Notes: a model not told the origin generated them from the sequence alone. A DNA stretch of 64,000 nt from Chitinophagales bacterium (GCA_046329805.1 JAXLUA010000003.1:269559-333558); one strand, 5' to 3'. Numbered from the stretch's first letter, positions 1 to 8,934 are shown. Translations and numbers: made by a program.

Positions 1-454
1 TGCGCCTATCGTAATTTTATAAACTCCCGCAGGGTAATTTTTTACCATCAGGTAGCGTATGGCAAATTTATCATACGAAGTAGCACAAGTAGGACCATCA
101 TTGCCCCAATTCATATTGAAATTTTCAGTATTGGTTACATATCCACGATACGTTGTTGTAAATGCGTCAGACGGAGGATTGCCTCCATTGTGAGTACCAT
201 ATACATACCCTATCCAAGAGCCATTACCATAGGTAAGCTGATCGCCCCCTGTGGTGCAAGGTTGTGTAGTGGCAAATACGGAGGGTATAAGTAAGAGCCC
301 CAAAAAAAGAAATAGTATAACCGTTTTTAAAGAACTGCTTTTAGCAATAAAACTAACTAAGTAATTGATTATCTTCTGCTTACCCCCCCCCGTTTTTTTT
401 AGTGGAATGCTGGAATAGGGGTAGTACGTTGTTGTTTTGTATATTTTTTTTCAT
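1..454 (-). pseudogene. 5' part of a secreted PA14-like domain protein that runs off the left edge. The only ATG (454) is out of frame with the main ORF across a homopolymer tract.
   Basis: Minus-strand reading from ATG 454 gives MKKNIQNNNVLPLFQHSTKKNGGG then a stop. The adjacent frame is open to position 1. It encodes KQKIINYLVSFIAKSSSLKTVILFLFLGLLLIPSVFA (signal-peptide-like), then TTQPC...GSWIGYVYG...FTTTYRGYV...FNMNWG...DKFAIRYLMVKNYPAGVYKITIGA, a PA14-like pattern. Losing one base in the G9 run (minus strand) joins the two frames. Confidence 0.5.
383..400. repeat. Adjacent homopolymers C9 (383-391) and T8 (393-400)
   Basis: Read directly: ta ccccccccc g tttttttt. The tract lies in the first 25 codons of the minus-strand gene above. 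Confidence 0.9.
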
Positions 455-761
455 AAAAAGATGGTTTAGTTCGTTCGTATTTAATTAAAGTAAAAAACAA
501 TAGATAATTCGGATTTTTAGTTCGTAATGGTTATTGGAAGTTGTTTTATCTATACAAATATAAACATAAAAAACATTTTTGCCTATACCTAATTATAAGT
601 AATTTCTAACGTTTCGTTTTTGCCTTTTCTCACCGCCAAAAGCGTGGGCTGCCAAAACGCGTAGCTAAGCGCTGCCCTAAGCGCTGAACGATCGTTTTGG
701 CTTGATTTTTTGTTTCCTTTTTTATCAAGAAAAAAGAAAATCTATAAACAACATAGCAGAA

Positions 762-800
762 GAAATTAGAAATTAGATATTAGATATTAGATGTGAGATT
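762..800. repeat. 7-bp tandem repeat GAWATTA, about 5 copies
   Basis: gaaatta gaaatta gatatta gatatta gatgtga gatt. Confidence 0.85.
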
Positions 801-801
801 T

Positions 802-905
802 CATTACTTCATTATTTCATTACTTCACTATTTCATTACTTCACTATTTCATTACTTCATTATTTCATTATTTCATTACTTCATTACTTCATTATTTCAT
901 TATTT
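802..905. repeat. 8-bp tandem repeat CAYTAYTT, 13 copies
   Basis: cattactt cattattt cattactt cactattt and so on, 13 contiguous units with no spacers. Confidence 0.9.
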
Positions 906-906
906 C

Positions 907-950
907 CTTTGTGTCCTTTGCGGTAAAACTTTGTGCTCTTTGCGGTAAAA
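907..950. repeat. 22-bp tandem doublet CTTTGTGYYCTTTGCGGTAAAA. A second copy of this module is at 11919-11964.
   Basis: ctttgtgtcctttgcggtaaaa / ctttgtgctctttgcggtaaaa, followed by gtgagag x2 at 953-966. Confidence 0.85.
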
Positions 951-989
951 AAGTGAGAGGTGAGAGGTGCAAATCATTCATTATTCCCT

Positions 990-1005
990 TTCCGACACTT
1001 CGGAA
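990..1005. promoter_or_regulatory. Palindrome TTCCGA-N4-TCGGAA just upstream of the gmhA promoter box
   Basis: ttccgacacttcggaa. The same half-sites recur at 11844-11859 (ttccgaacggtcggaa). It could be an operator or simply part of the repeat family. Confidence 0.3.
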
Positions 1006-1022
1006 CATTATTTACATTTTAC

Positions 1023-1030
1023 TATCTTTG
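1023..1030 (+). promoter_or_regulatory. Bacteroidota -7 promoter box TAnnTTTG (TATCTTTG), 4 nt before the gmhA ATG
   Basis: Exact match to the Bacteroidota sigma-A -7 consensus. Confidence 0.45.
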
Positions 1031-1034
1031 CACT

Positions 1035-1610
1035 ATGCAATCTAAAATAAAAGATATTTTACAAGCCTCTATTTCGGTAAAACAGCAAGTACTGAACGAT
1101 GCAGCGTTAGTGGAAACCATGCTGGCAGTAACAGAAAAAATGATAGACTGCTTTAACCACGACGGGAAAATATTATTTTGTGGCAATGGCGGGTCGGCTG
1201 CCGACGCACAGCACTTAGCAGCAGAATTTTCAGGTCGATTTTATACCGACCGCGAGCCATTAGATGCGGAGGCGTTGCATGTAAATACGTCATATCTTAC
1301 GGCGGTAGCCAACGATTACAGCTACAATGAAGTGTATGCCCGCATCGTAAAAGCTAAAGGGCGCAAAGGCGATATTTTGGTAGGGTTATCTACCTCCGGA
1401 AATTCTGCCAATATTATAGAAGCATTTAAGGTGGCTAAAGAAAAAGGCATGCTGATTGTAGGATTTACGGGCGCTACGGGCGGCAAAATGAAACCCCTTT
1501 GCGATTACCTGATAAACATTCCTTCTACCGACACGCCACGCATTCAGGAATGCCACATCACCGTTGGACATATCATTTGCCAGTTGGTAGAGGAGCAATT
1601 ATTTGCGTAA
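1035..1610 (+). CDS. gmhA: D-sedoheptulose-7-phosphate (phosphoheptose) isomerase, SIS domain
   Basis: MQSKIKDIL...ILFCGNGGSAADAQHLAAEFSGRF...GLSTSGNSANI...QECHITVGHIIC. The ATG at 1035 is preferred to the track start at 960, which lies inside the repeats. Confidence 0.9.
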   Translation: MQSKIKDILQASISVKQQVLNDAALVETMLAVTEKMIDCFNHDGKILFCGNGGSAADAQHLAAEFSGRFYTDREPLDAEALHVNTSYLTAVANDYSYNEVYARIVKAKGRKGDILVGLSTSGNSANIIEAFKVAKEKGMLIVGFTGATGGKMKPLCDYLINIPSTDTPRIQECHITVGHIICQLVEEQLFA

Positions 1611-1677
1611 CGTAGAAGTAGGATTTACAGTTACAGACTAATAATTATTTTTTTAAAATAAAATAAAAATGTATAAG

Positions 1678-2475
1678 CTATAGCTTTACATTTACTATCA
1701 CTCCAAAATTTTGAGGAAAGACACCGTCATCAAACCATTTCTTAGTAAGCGTAAATTTATAATTAGCTCCAATCGAAATTTTATCGGGTTTAATTTCATA
1801 ATTCAAGGAAGCCTCTGCAAAACCGCCAACTAAAAATGATTTAGAGATATGAGACCTTAAACCGTTGAATATAATAAAACTTCTATTATTAGGCGTATCG
1901 TACTCATCATAATTAATATATACTGCTGGATCTATATAATAATGATAACCTGCAATTAAACCCAAACCTAACCTTATATTAAACCGTTTGTAAGAGTATG
2001 GAATAAATCCTAATCCTACATCAAAGAAGAATTGATTTGCACTAAAAGCAACCTTGCCTTTTAAGTTTATATCTGTATATAATTTCAATAAATTTTCTAA
2101 AGCTTGAGGTGTTAAACCTGTTGTAAAATTATTTAAATTGCTGAAATCATAACTTACATATTGGGGTTTATAAAAGAATGTATTAAGAGAGGTGGAAAGG
2201 TAAATATTTTTGTGGAAATGATAATTATACTGTGCACGAAGCCCAAAACCACGTCCCATTTTTTTACCTATAGATAAACTTTCCAAAATATTATCGTTGT
2301 GTAGTTCATCTTTTATAAATAATTTATCTACTACATGATCTCCGTATTTTTGTTGTGCATAGTGTAATGCAAAACTTAATTCATGTTTTTTTTGAAATTT
2401 AGTTTTTAGCTCTTGTGCCTTTATTTCTAAATTAGTCAGAAGCATTAAAAATATAGTTAATATATAATTATTCAT
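1678..2475 (-). CDS. Predicted outer-membrane beta-barrel protein, paralogue of 2475-3275
   Basis: N-terminal signal peptide and alternating hydrophobic strands (ISIGANYKFTLT, FAEASLNYEIK). It aligns by eye with its neighbour: LNTFFYKPQYVSYDF vs LNTSFYFPQTIYYDL, and GANYKF vs GINYKF. Confidence 0.6.
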   Translation of the reverse strand: MNNYILTIFLMLLTNLEIKAQELKTKFQKKHELSFALHYAQQKYGDHVVDKLFIKDELHNDNILESLSIGKKMGRGFGLRAQYNYHFHKNIYLSTSLNTFFYKPQYVSYDFSNLNNFTTGLTPQALENLLKLYTDINLKGKVAFSANQFFFDVGLGFIPYSYKRFNIRLGLGLIAGYHYYIDPAVYINYDEYDTPNNRSFIIFNGLRSHISKSFLVGGFAEASLNYEIKPDKISIGANYKFTLTKKWFDDGVFPQNFGVIVNVKL

Positions 2476-3275
2476 TATTTTATTTTTAAATTAAAATTCA
2501 CACCTACGTCATGTGGGAATGTCAACCCCATAGGTAATTTGCCAAAAAAAAATTTGTAATTAATTCCTATTTCAAGTTTATCCTTTATCGCAACAAAATT
2601 TAGAGCAGATTCGAGGTAGCCGCCCCAAAATAAGCCATGAACGATATCTTCCTCTATTTGGAAAATTTTATAATAGTACTTGTAAGTGCTGCTATCTTGG
2701 CTTAAAACCATTAAACTTCCATTGCCGCTGAATGGGTTATTGTACGAACGATATCCGAAACCAATTCCGGTAGCTATGCGCCAATTAAATTGTTTAATAT
2801 CAACAGGCAAAAATCCTATCCCTATGTCTGTATAAAATTTTTGAGCATTATAAGTAAGTTCAATTTTATTCTCTGGGGCTGAAACAATAGGTTTTGTACC
2901 ACCAGGAGGTATTTTATTTAATGCATCTGTTAAGTCGTAATAAATAGTTTGGGGGAAATAAAAAGAAGTATTTAAGGAAGCACCAACATAAATTCTTTTC
3001 TTTATGAAGTAATTATATTGCAGTTTTAAACCAACCCCTTGCAGTACAATGTTTCTAAAGCGAAATTCATGCAGTATTTCCGAATTATCTTCAATTCCTC
3101 TTACAATAATGCTTGTATTGCTTACAAGACTATTATGATAGGAATAATTTATATTTAATCCTATTTCATGGCGTTTAAAGTTTTTATTCTTTAAATCTAT
3201 TTTGGCAAATAATGGTTCTATCGTCAATACGAAAAATATAAATAAAACAGTTGAAATTTTTGTCATTTTTATCAA
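2475..3275 (-). CDS. Predicted outer-membrane beta-barrel protein, tandem paralogue
   Basis: Signal peptide MIKMTKISTVLFIFFVLTIEPLFA. Shares motifs with 1678-2475 and overlaps it by 1 nt. Confidence 0.6.
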   Translation of the reverse strand: MIKMTKISTVLFIFFVLTIEPLFAKIDLKNKNFKRHEIGLNINYSYHNSLVSNTSIIVRGIEDNSEILHEFRFRNIVLQGVGLKLQYNYFIKKRIYVGASLNTSFYFPQTIYYDLTDALNKIPPGGTKPIVSAPENKIELTYNAQKFYTDIGIGFLPVDIKQFNWRIATGIGFGYRSYNNPFSGNGSLMVLSQDSSTYKYYYKIFQIEEDIVHGLFWGGYLESALNFVAIKDKLEIGINYKFFFGKLPMGLTFPHDVGVNFNLKIK

Positions 3276-3325
3276 TTTAATAAGAGCGCAAAGCTCAATA
3301 GATATTGGCTTTGCACTCTATGGTA

Positions 3326-4579
3326 CTAGTAATTTTTAAAAACAATTTTTAAATCTGGGTCTGCTGTTGCTCTGATTGGATAATTTACACCATTTTCAGT
3401 GTAAAATCCCCAACCCCAGTTATTTTTATTTTGAACATGATGAACAAATTCATTGAACGTCATCTCTGTTTTAAAATATAAATCATCTTTTCGTGTTATT
3501 TTAGACTGCAAGCCCAAGCTGCCTTTAACAATTGGAATTCCAAGTAAATTTAATTCTCCTTGCAGAGCAACTCCGCTAACGGTTTTATTAAACATAACCC
3601 CTCCGTCTTGTTCATAGACACCAATCATTTGCTGATAATCAATGAATGTCCAATCTGAATCTAAAATATTATCAATATCTGTTAATCCAATCCAGTTTTT
3701 AGTTGCTGCTGCTGATGCTGTTAAATTCAAATATACTATTTTATAAAAACCATAATTACCAGTTTGGTATTCAAAGAATCCATTTCTGAAAAATCTAAAT
3801 TCAGGACCTCCATTACCATCAAAATCATGCCCATTTGTGTTGATTTTATACACTCGTAGCCTACTTGGTATGTCTTGTACTAAACGCTCTTTATTTACAT
3901 CTTTATATCTTTTATTTTGAATAGAATCAGATAACCATATATACGTTTCATTTGAATAATAAACAGGACTTCCATTTTCGTAATCTTCATTAGGACATAT
4001 TAGTATAACTGGGTTTTCTTTCAGATATGTCCGTTGTATTATACTGCCTATTGTATCTATGTGTGAAGTGAAAATTTTATAAGACAATAAGCTGAAGTCG
4101 CTATTAACATCTTCTTCTTCGTTAATTGGGTATCCAAATACAGGCTTTTTAACACCATCCCAAAGTTCTATATAAGTCCAATAAATAGTTAAATCATACT
4201 TATCAATGAACATTTTAAATTCATCAAATGTTAAATTACTGTATTTAGAAAACTGATAATATAATTGTTGTTCAAAGCTCTCATTTCTATTGTTTTTAGT
4301 AGAAATACTATTAAAATAAGAATTTAAATCCTTTAAAGTAATATTTTCATCTTTCTTTTTAGAATATATAGCCTTTTTTAGTGTGTTAAGATTATTTACA
4401 TTATTAAGTGTGTTATTAAGTGCTATAGAAAACATCTTTAATTCATTCTCTATGTGCTGGATATGGAACTGTTCTTTATCAATGCTTATACGTTGTTGTT
4501 CTTGTTTTTTACACGAGGATAATATAAAAAAAAGCAATAGCACGTAAGGGCTACCAATCGTTTTAATTAACTTGTTCAT
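3326..4579 (-). CDS. Hypothetical lipoprotein, 417 aa, first gene of a 3-gene operon
   Basis: Lipobox LLFFILSSC followed by KKQEQQ. I recognise no family motif. Confidence 0.65.
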   Translation of the reverse strand: MNKLIKTIGSPYVLLLFFILSSCKKQEQQRISIDKEQFHIQHIENELKMFSIALNNTLNNVNNLNTLKKAIYSKKKDENITLKDLNSYFNSISTKNNRNESFEQQLYYQFSKYSNLTFDEFKMFIDKYDLTIYWTYIELWDGVKKPVFGYPINEEEDVNSDFSLLSYKIFTSHIDTIGSIIQRTYLKENPVILICPNEDYENGSPVYYSNETYIWLSDSIQNKRYKDVNKERLVQDIPSRLRVYKINTNGHDFDGNGGPEFRFFRNGFFEYQTGNYGFYKIVYLNLTASAAATKNWIGLTDIDNILDSDWTFIDYQQMIGVYEQDGGVMFNKTVSGVALQGELNLLGIPIVKGSLGLQSKITRKDDLYFKTEMTFNEFVHHVQNKNNWGWGFYTENGVNYPIRATADPDLKIVFKNY

Positions 4580-4668
4580 TGAATTTATTTTTTATTATTT
4601 GTTTAAGTTTGACTGAAAAATTGTGACTATCATTGTTTAAACAAATAATCAAGGAGGAATAAATTTAA

Positions 4669-4693
4669 TATATATATATATATATGTGTGTGT
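4669..4693. repeat. Dinucleotide microsatellite (TA)8(TG)4
   Basis: tatatatatatatatatgtgtgtgt, 90-115 nt upstream of the ATG at 4579 (minus strand). Confidence 0.9.
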
Positions 4694-4926
4694 ATGTGTA
4701 AAGAAAGTTGTTTTATCAACATATATTGGGTTTTATTAAGAGAAACAAAATTAGTGAAAAAAAAATAAATTTTAACTACGCTATATGTTAAATTTTTAAA
4801 TACAATTTTCAAAACCACGGAATTTGAAATCAGTCCTAAGTAACGAAATTTAAAATAAAGTGTAGTTTTCTCTATTAAATAAATTGCAGCTTTAACTCTG
4901 TAAAAAAGCTGTTCTCATTCCTTTAT

Positions 4927-5547
4927 TTATTTCCACTTCAAGGTTTCTATCAGGTGTTCTACATCTTTGCGAAAATATTCTACAGCAGGTGCTATGGAAT
5001 CAGCATTCGGCGAAGCATAGAAATAAAGAGAGCCTCGCAAAAAATGACGGCTGCTGTCTGTAACATAGAACTGCACGGCGCTGGCAGCATTTCCTCCTAC
5101 ATCATACAAAATACCATGCACGTTGGGGTTTTTCCCTTTTATATTCGTTTCGTCTATATAATCTGCTTTTACGGTATGCTTAAACGTAAGTTTGTAACTA
5201 TCTCTAATAAGTTTATCTAATGTATTCGTTGCATCAATGGCGGTATAACTCAAGTATATTTTGCTCTTATAATCGGGGAAAATAATATTGAACCAACAAG
5301 GGTGTGCGTGCATTTCTTCGGCATTTGCGGTATCTTTTTGGATACTTCCATACGTCGGATATTCAAACGTGAAAGGGCATAAATTATTAGCGTAGATAGT
5401 ATAAGTTCGTTCTTTCGGAAAATCAATACGGAAATAGCCGTTGCGCTTGGGTGAATACGTTTCTTGGCAGGCAGCAAGCAAAAGAATACAACATATAGAT
5501 AGGAAGAGTAGGTTAACTTGTTTGCGTGAAGATGGCGTAGGTGTCAT
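4927..5547 (-). CDS. gldD: Gliding-motility lipoprotein GldD
   Basis: Lipobox LLAAC. Motifs GYFRIDFP, FEYPTYG, HPCWFNIIFPDYKSKIYLSY, VQFYVTDSSRHFLRGSLYF and a terminal TLKW. Sits immediately downstream of gldE. Confidence 0.8.
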   Translation of the reverse strand: MTPTPSSRKQVNLLFLSICCILLLAACQETYSPKRNGYFRIDFPKERTYTIYANNLCPFTFEYPTYGSIQKDTANAEEMHAHPCWFNIIFPDYKSKIYLSYTAIDATNTLDKLIRDSYKLTFKHTVKADYIDETNIKGKNPNVHGILYDVGGNAASAVQFYVTDSSRHFLRGSLYFYASPNADSIAPAVEYFRKDVEHLIETLKWK

Positions 5548-5563
5548 TTTATTGAAGCTGATT

Positions 5564-6922
5564 TTAGTTTAGTGTTATTTTTACTCGTATTACGCGTACA
5601 TTGTCTGCTTCTAATACTACAAATGTAAAATTTCTATACTCCTGTTGGTCGCCTTCCGAAGGGATTTCGGCATTGAGTTCCAAAATCAATCCAGCTAAGG
5701 AGTCCGCATCGCCTCGCGCATCGTCAAAGGTATCTATCGGCACATTTAATACTTTGCACACATCATTTAATGCAGTACGTCCTTCAAAAATAAAATTGTT
5801 GTTATCTATTTTTTTAAAATCGATTTCGCTTACATCGTCAAATTCATCTTTAATATCGCCTATTACTTCTTCCAATACATCTTCTAAAGTTACTAAGCCC
5901 GAAGTGCCGCCATACTCATCTACTACAATTGCCATGTGCACGCGCTTACTTTGAAAATCTTCCAACAAATCATTTATTTTTTTATTTTCTGGCACAAATA
6001 ACGCAGGGCGTATTAAGGCTCTCCAATCAAAAGTATCGTCCTCGTCTATATGTTGCAATAAATCTTTGATATGCAAAACACCTTCTATCTGATCTATATC
6101 GCCTTTGTATATGGGTACTCTCGAGTATCCAGATGCTTTTACATTATTTAATACTTCTGAAAAAGTAGTATTGTATTCTAATCCTGCAATTTCCATGCGT
6201 GAGTGCATAATTTGAGAAGCGGTAATATTTCCAAACTTTACAATTCCTTTTAGTATTCGTGTGTCATTTTGTTGTGTTTCATCATCATCTAATGCATTGG
6301 CAATATCTATAGCTTCATCTATATCTTGTGCCGATACATTGTCTTTTATTCCTTCCAATCTTTTCTCAAAAAAATTAGAGGTAAAGATTAGCGCATTTAC
6401 AAATGGAGAAAATATGAAGTCAAAGAATTTAAGTGTATCGATAGTAGCGCGAGTTACTTTATAATATTGCTGTGTAGCATATAGCTTAGGAATTACTTCT
6501 GCAAAAAGTACGATTATAAATGTTTCAAAAGAGATTTTTATGACAAATAATAATGCCGTGTGCGATTCGATAAAATGAGGTTGGATTACCACCTCCAATA
6601 TATGTTCAAACATCAGTACGATTGCCAACGTAAATAAGGTGGTCGTTAAAACGAATGTCGCTAAAAACCGTCGAGGTTTTTTTATAAAATACAAAATCAC
6701 TTTATCCGTTTTATCGGAACTTCGTTCAAGGTCGGATATTTCATTTGGGGTAAATAGGAATATGGCTACTTCTACCGCACACATCATTCCTGTAAATAGC
6801 AGCAAGAGTAGAATTAGCAGCAATTCCAATATAACGACAGTGTCAAATGGATTGAAAATTTCATTCCACGAAACTGTAAGTAGTAAATTTAACAAAAAGG
6901 GTATGGGTATTCCGTCGTCCAA
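5564..6922 (-). CDS. gldE: Gliding-motility protein GldE (DUF21 membrane domain, CBS pair and CorC/HlyC C-terminal domain)
   Basis: N-terminal TM helices, a CBS region (MHSRMEIAGLEY...YSRVPIY...IEGVLHIKDLL) and VHMAIVVDEYGGTSGLVTLEDVLEEVIGDI. Confidence 0.85.
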   Translation of the reverse strand: MDDGIPIPFLLNLLLTVSWNEIFNPFDTVVILELLLILLLLLFTGMMCAVEVAIFLFTPNEISDLERSSDKTDKVILYFIKKPRRFLATFVLTTTLFTLAIVLMFEHILEVVIQPHFIESHTALLFVIKISFETFIIVLFAEVIPKLYATQQYYKVTRATIDTLKFFDFIFSPFVNALIFTSNFFEKRLEGIKDNVSAQDIDEAIDIANALDDDETQQNDTRILKGIVKFGNITASQIMHSRMEIAGLEYNTTFSEVLNNVKASGYSRVPIYKGDIDQIEGVLHIKDLLQHIDEDDTFDWRALIRPALFVPENKKINDLLEDFQSKRVHMAIVVDEYGGTSGLVTLEDVLEEVIGDIKDEFDDVSEIDFKKIDNNNFIFEGRTALNDVCKVLNVPIDTFDDARGDADSLAGLILELNAEIPSEGDQQEYRNFTFVVLEADNVRVIRVKITLN

Positions 6923-6943
6923 TGTGCTTATATTTCAATTATA

Positions 6944-7387
6944 TTAAAATGGCAAATCATCATTTATATTAGGTTCGCTTATTGTATCCGGTGCGGCCGA
7001 TTCCATGCTTGGTTTTTGCTCACTGCCCCCATGGGATGCTGAGCTGCCACTGCCGGGTTCGCGTTTATCTAAGAGTTGGAAATTTTCTACTACAATCTCC
7101 GTAATATACCGTTTATTGTTGTCTTTATCCTCCCAAGAGCGCGATTTCAACTTTCCCTCCACAAATATAGTATTTCCTTTTTTTAAAATACGCTCTGCCC
7201 GTTCTGCTACGCCTCGCCACATCACAATATTATGCCAATCGGTTACCTCTGTATAAGTACCATCTTGATTTTTATAGGCTTCATTGGTAGCCAATGGAAA
7301 ATTACATACCGTAGTAGTAGGGTTCACTTTCCTTACTTCAGGATCTTTCCCTAATCTTCCAATTAAAATTACTTTGTTCACACTCAT
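6944..7387 (-). CDS. ssb: Single-stranded DNA-binding protein
   Basis: MSVNKVILIGRLGKDPE...TDWHNIVMWR...GKLKSRSWEDKDNNKRYITEIV, with the acidic tail DDLPF. Confidence 0.95.
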   Translation of the reverse strand: MSVNKVILIGRLGKDPEVRKVNPTTTVCNFPLATNEAYKNQDGTYTEVTDWHNIVMWRGVAERAERILKKGNTIFVEGKLKSRSWEDKDNNKRYITEIVVENFQLLDKREPGSGSSASHGGSEQKPSMESAAPDTISEPNINDDLPF

Positions 7388-7449
7388 AGTTATATTTTTT
7401 TAGAAACGAAATTTACAAAAATCTGACGGATATCAAGTTCATTTTATAT

Positions 7450-8490
7450 CTAAGATAAAAAATTTAATCTTTCTGCCAAATAGTCTCGTATTATTTTTGG
7501 GAATGCGTATTCCAACAGACTTGCCTTTGGCACTTTCAGCCACCCGAGGGGAGCAGCAGGAAGTTGCTCGCAACGTACCTCATAAAAATACGCTTTTATG
7601 TATTGGTGCGACAACGTTTGCAAATACACAAAAGGCAATGTATTGGCATTAATTTTAGCCCAAACGGGAATATGCTTCGGATTTTTTTCATCCGTATCTA
7701 CATATTCGTCCAAAGGAAATTCAAACAATCCTTTCCAAATATCATTTTCTGTACGTTGTTTTAGGTAAATATATTTTTCGTTGTAAATAACAGCGTAATG
7801 CAAGGCACGTGTAATTTTTATTACTTTCTTAGCTTTTACAGGAAACTTATCAATAGTATTTAACTCTAATGCTTTGCAGGCAGTACTAAACGGACATTGG
7901 TGGCACAACGGCTGCTTAGGCTTGCAGACCAATGCCCCTAAATCCATAATTGCTTGGTTATAGACGGCAGGCTTTTTTGTATCTAATAATTTGTGGGCCA
8001 ACTGTTCAAATTGTTTTTTGCCATCTGTAGTATCAATAGGCGTTTCAATTGCAAATACTCTGGATAACACTCTAAACACATTGCCATCCACTACGGCATA
8101 AGGCAATCCGTAAGCAAAAGAGGCAATTGCCGCCGCCGTATAGGTGCCTATTCCTTTTAGTTTTAAAATAGCGGCATACTCCGTCGGAAATATGCCATTG
8201 TGCTGTTCCATAATTTGCTTTGCAGCATATTGTAAATTTCGCGCTCTCGAATAATAGCCCAATCCTTCCCAAAGTTTTAACACTTCCTCTTCAGGAGCTG
8301 CCGCTAATTTTTTTATGGTAGGATATTTTTTTACAAATGCCAAATAATAAGGCAATCCTTGTTCTACACGTGTTTGCTGCAATATAATCTCCGACAGCCA
8401 TATTTTATACGCCTCATTGGTATGCTTCCAGGGCAGATTTCTACGGTTCGGGTTATACCATTCCAACAATTGCACGGAAAATGATTTCAT
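7450..8490 (-). CDS. mutY: A/G-specific adenine DNA glycosylase
   Basis: LPWKHTNEAYKIWLSEIILQQTRV, GLGYYSRARNL, an HhH motif GIGTYTAAAIASFAY and a 4Fe-4S cluster loop CKPKQPLCHQCPFSTAC. Confidence 0.93.
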   Translation of the reverse strand: MKSFSVQLLEWYNPNRRNLPWKHTNEAYKIWLSEIILQQTRVEQGLPYYLAFVKKYPTIKKLAAAPEEEVLKLWEGLGYYSRARNLQYAAKQIMEQHNGIFPTEYAAILKLKGIGTYTAAAIASFAYGLPYAVVDGNVFRVLSRVFAIETPIDTTDGKKQFEQLAHKLLDTKKPAVYNQAIMDLGALVCKPKQPLCHQCPFSTACKALELNTIDKFPVKAKKVIKITRALHYAVIYNEKYIYLKQRTENDIWKGLFEFPLDEYVDTDEKNPKHIPVWAKINANTLPFVYLQTLSHQYIKAYFYEVRCEQLPAAPLGWLKVPKASLLEYAFPKIIRDYLAERLNFLS

Positions 8491-8593
8491 AGAAATGCAA
8501 AATAACCAATTCCGAGCGTAATAATTGCGTGAATACTATATTAAATAAACCCTAATTATGTGTATATTAGTAAGTTAGTTAAGAATAATTTCG

Positions 8594-8601
8594 CAACTTT
8601 G
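8594..8601 (+). promoter_or_regulatory. -7-like box CAACTTTG upstream of the HU gene
   Basis: One mismatch to TAnnTTTG, 21 nt before the ATG. An identical octamer precedes the ATG at 50518. Confidence 0.3.
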
Positions 8602-8622
8602 CAACACATTTAATAAATAGCC

Positions 8623-8934
8623 ATGAGAAAAGCAGATATTATCACCACTATTTCAGAAAAAACAGGAGTGCCAAAAGTAGATGTATTAGTAGCTATGGAG
8701 GCATTTTTCAAGGAAGTAAAAGACACTTTAGCTGACGGTGAAAATCTGTACGTAAGAGGCTTTGGGAGCTTTATTGTAAAAACTAGAAAAGCAAAAATAG
8801 GGCGAAATATTAAAAAAAATATTGCCATAGAAATACCGGAGCATCAAATTCCGGCATTTAAGCCCTCTAAAGTTTTTGTAGAGCAGATTAAAGAATCCAG
8901 CGCACTACGTTTAAAAGCAAAAGAACAACAATAG
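8623..8934 (+). CDS. HU/IHF-family DNA-binding protein
   Basis: MRKADIITTISEKTGVPKVDV...VRGFGSFIVKTRKAKIGRNIKKNIAIEIPEHQIPAFKPSK. Confidence 0.9.
   Translation: MRKADIITTISEKTGVPKVDVLVAMEAFFKEVKDTLADGENLYVRGFGSFIVKTRKAKIGRNIKKNIAIEIPEHQIPAFKPSKVFVEQIKESSALRLKAKEQQ

Noticed and set aside
802-905. Possible CRISPR array
   Set aside because: The units are 8 bp and contiguous with no spacers, and no cas genes are present. It is a simple minisatellite.
960-1034. Track start of the gmhA ORF at 960
   Set aside because: The first 25 codons lie in the GTGAGAG repeats and upstream of the TAnnTTTG box. The conserved GmhA sequence begins at the Met at 1035.
4630-4818. 62-aa ORF spanning the (TA)n(TG)n tract
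   Set aside because: Low-complexity translation (HIHTHIYIYI) of a microsatellite in an AT-rich promoter region.
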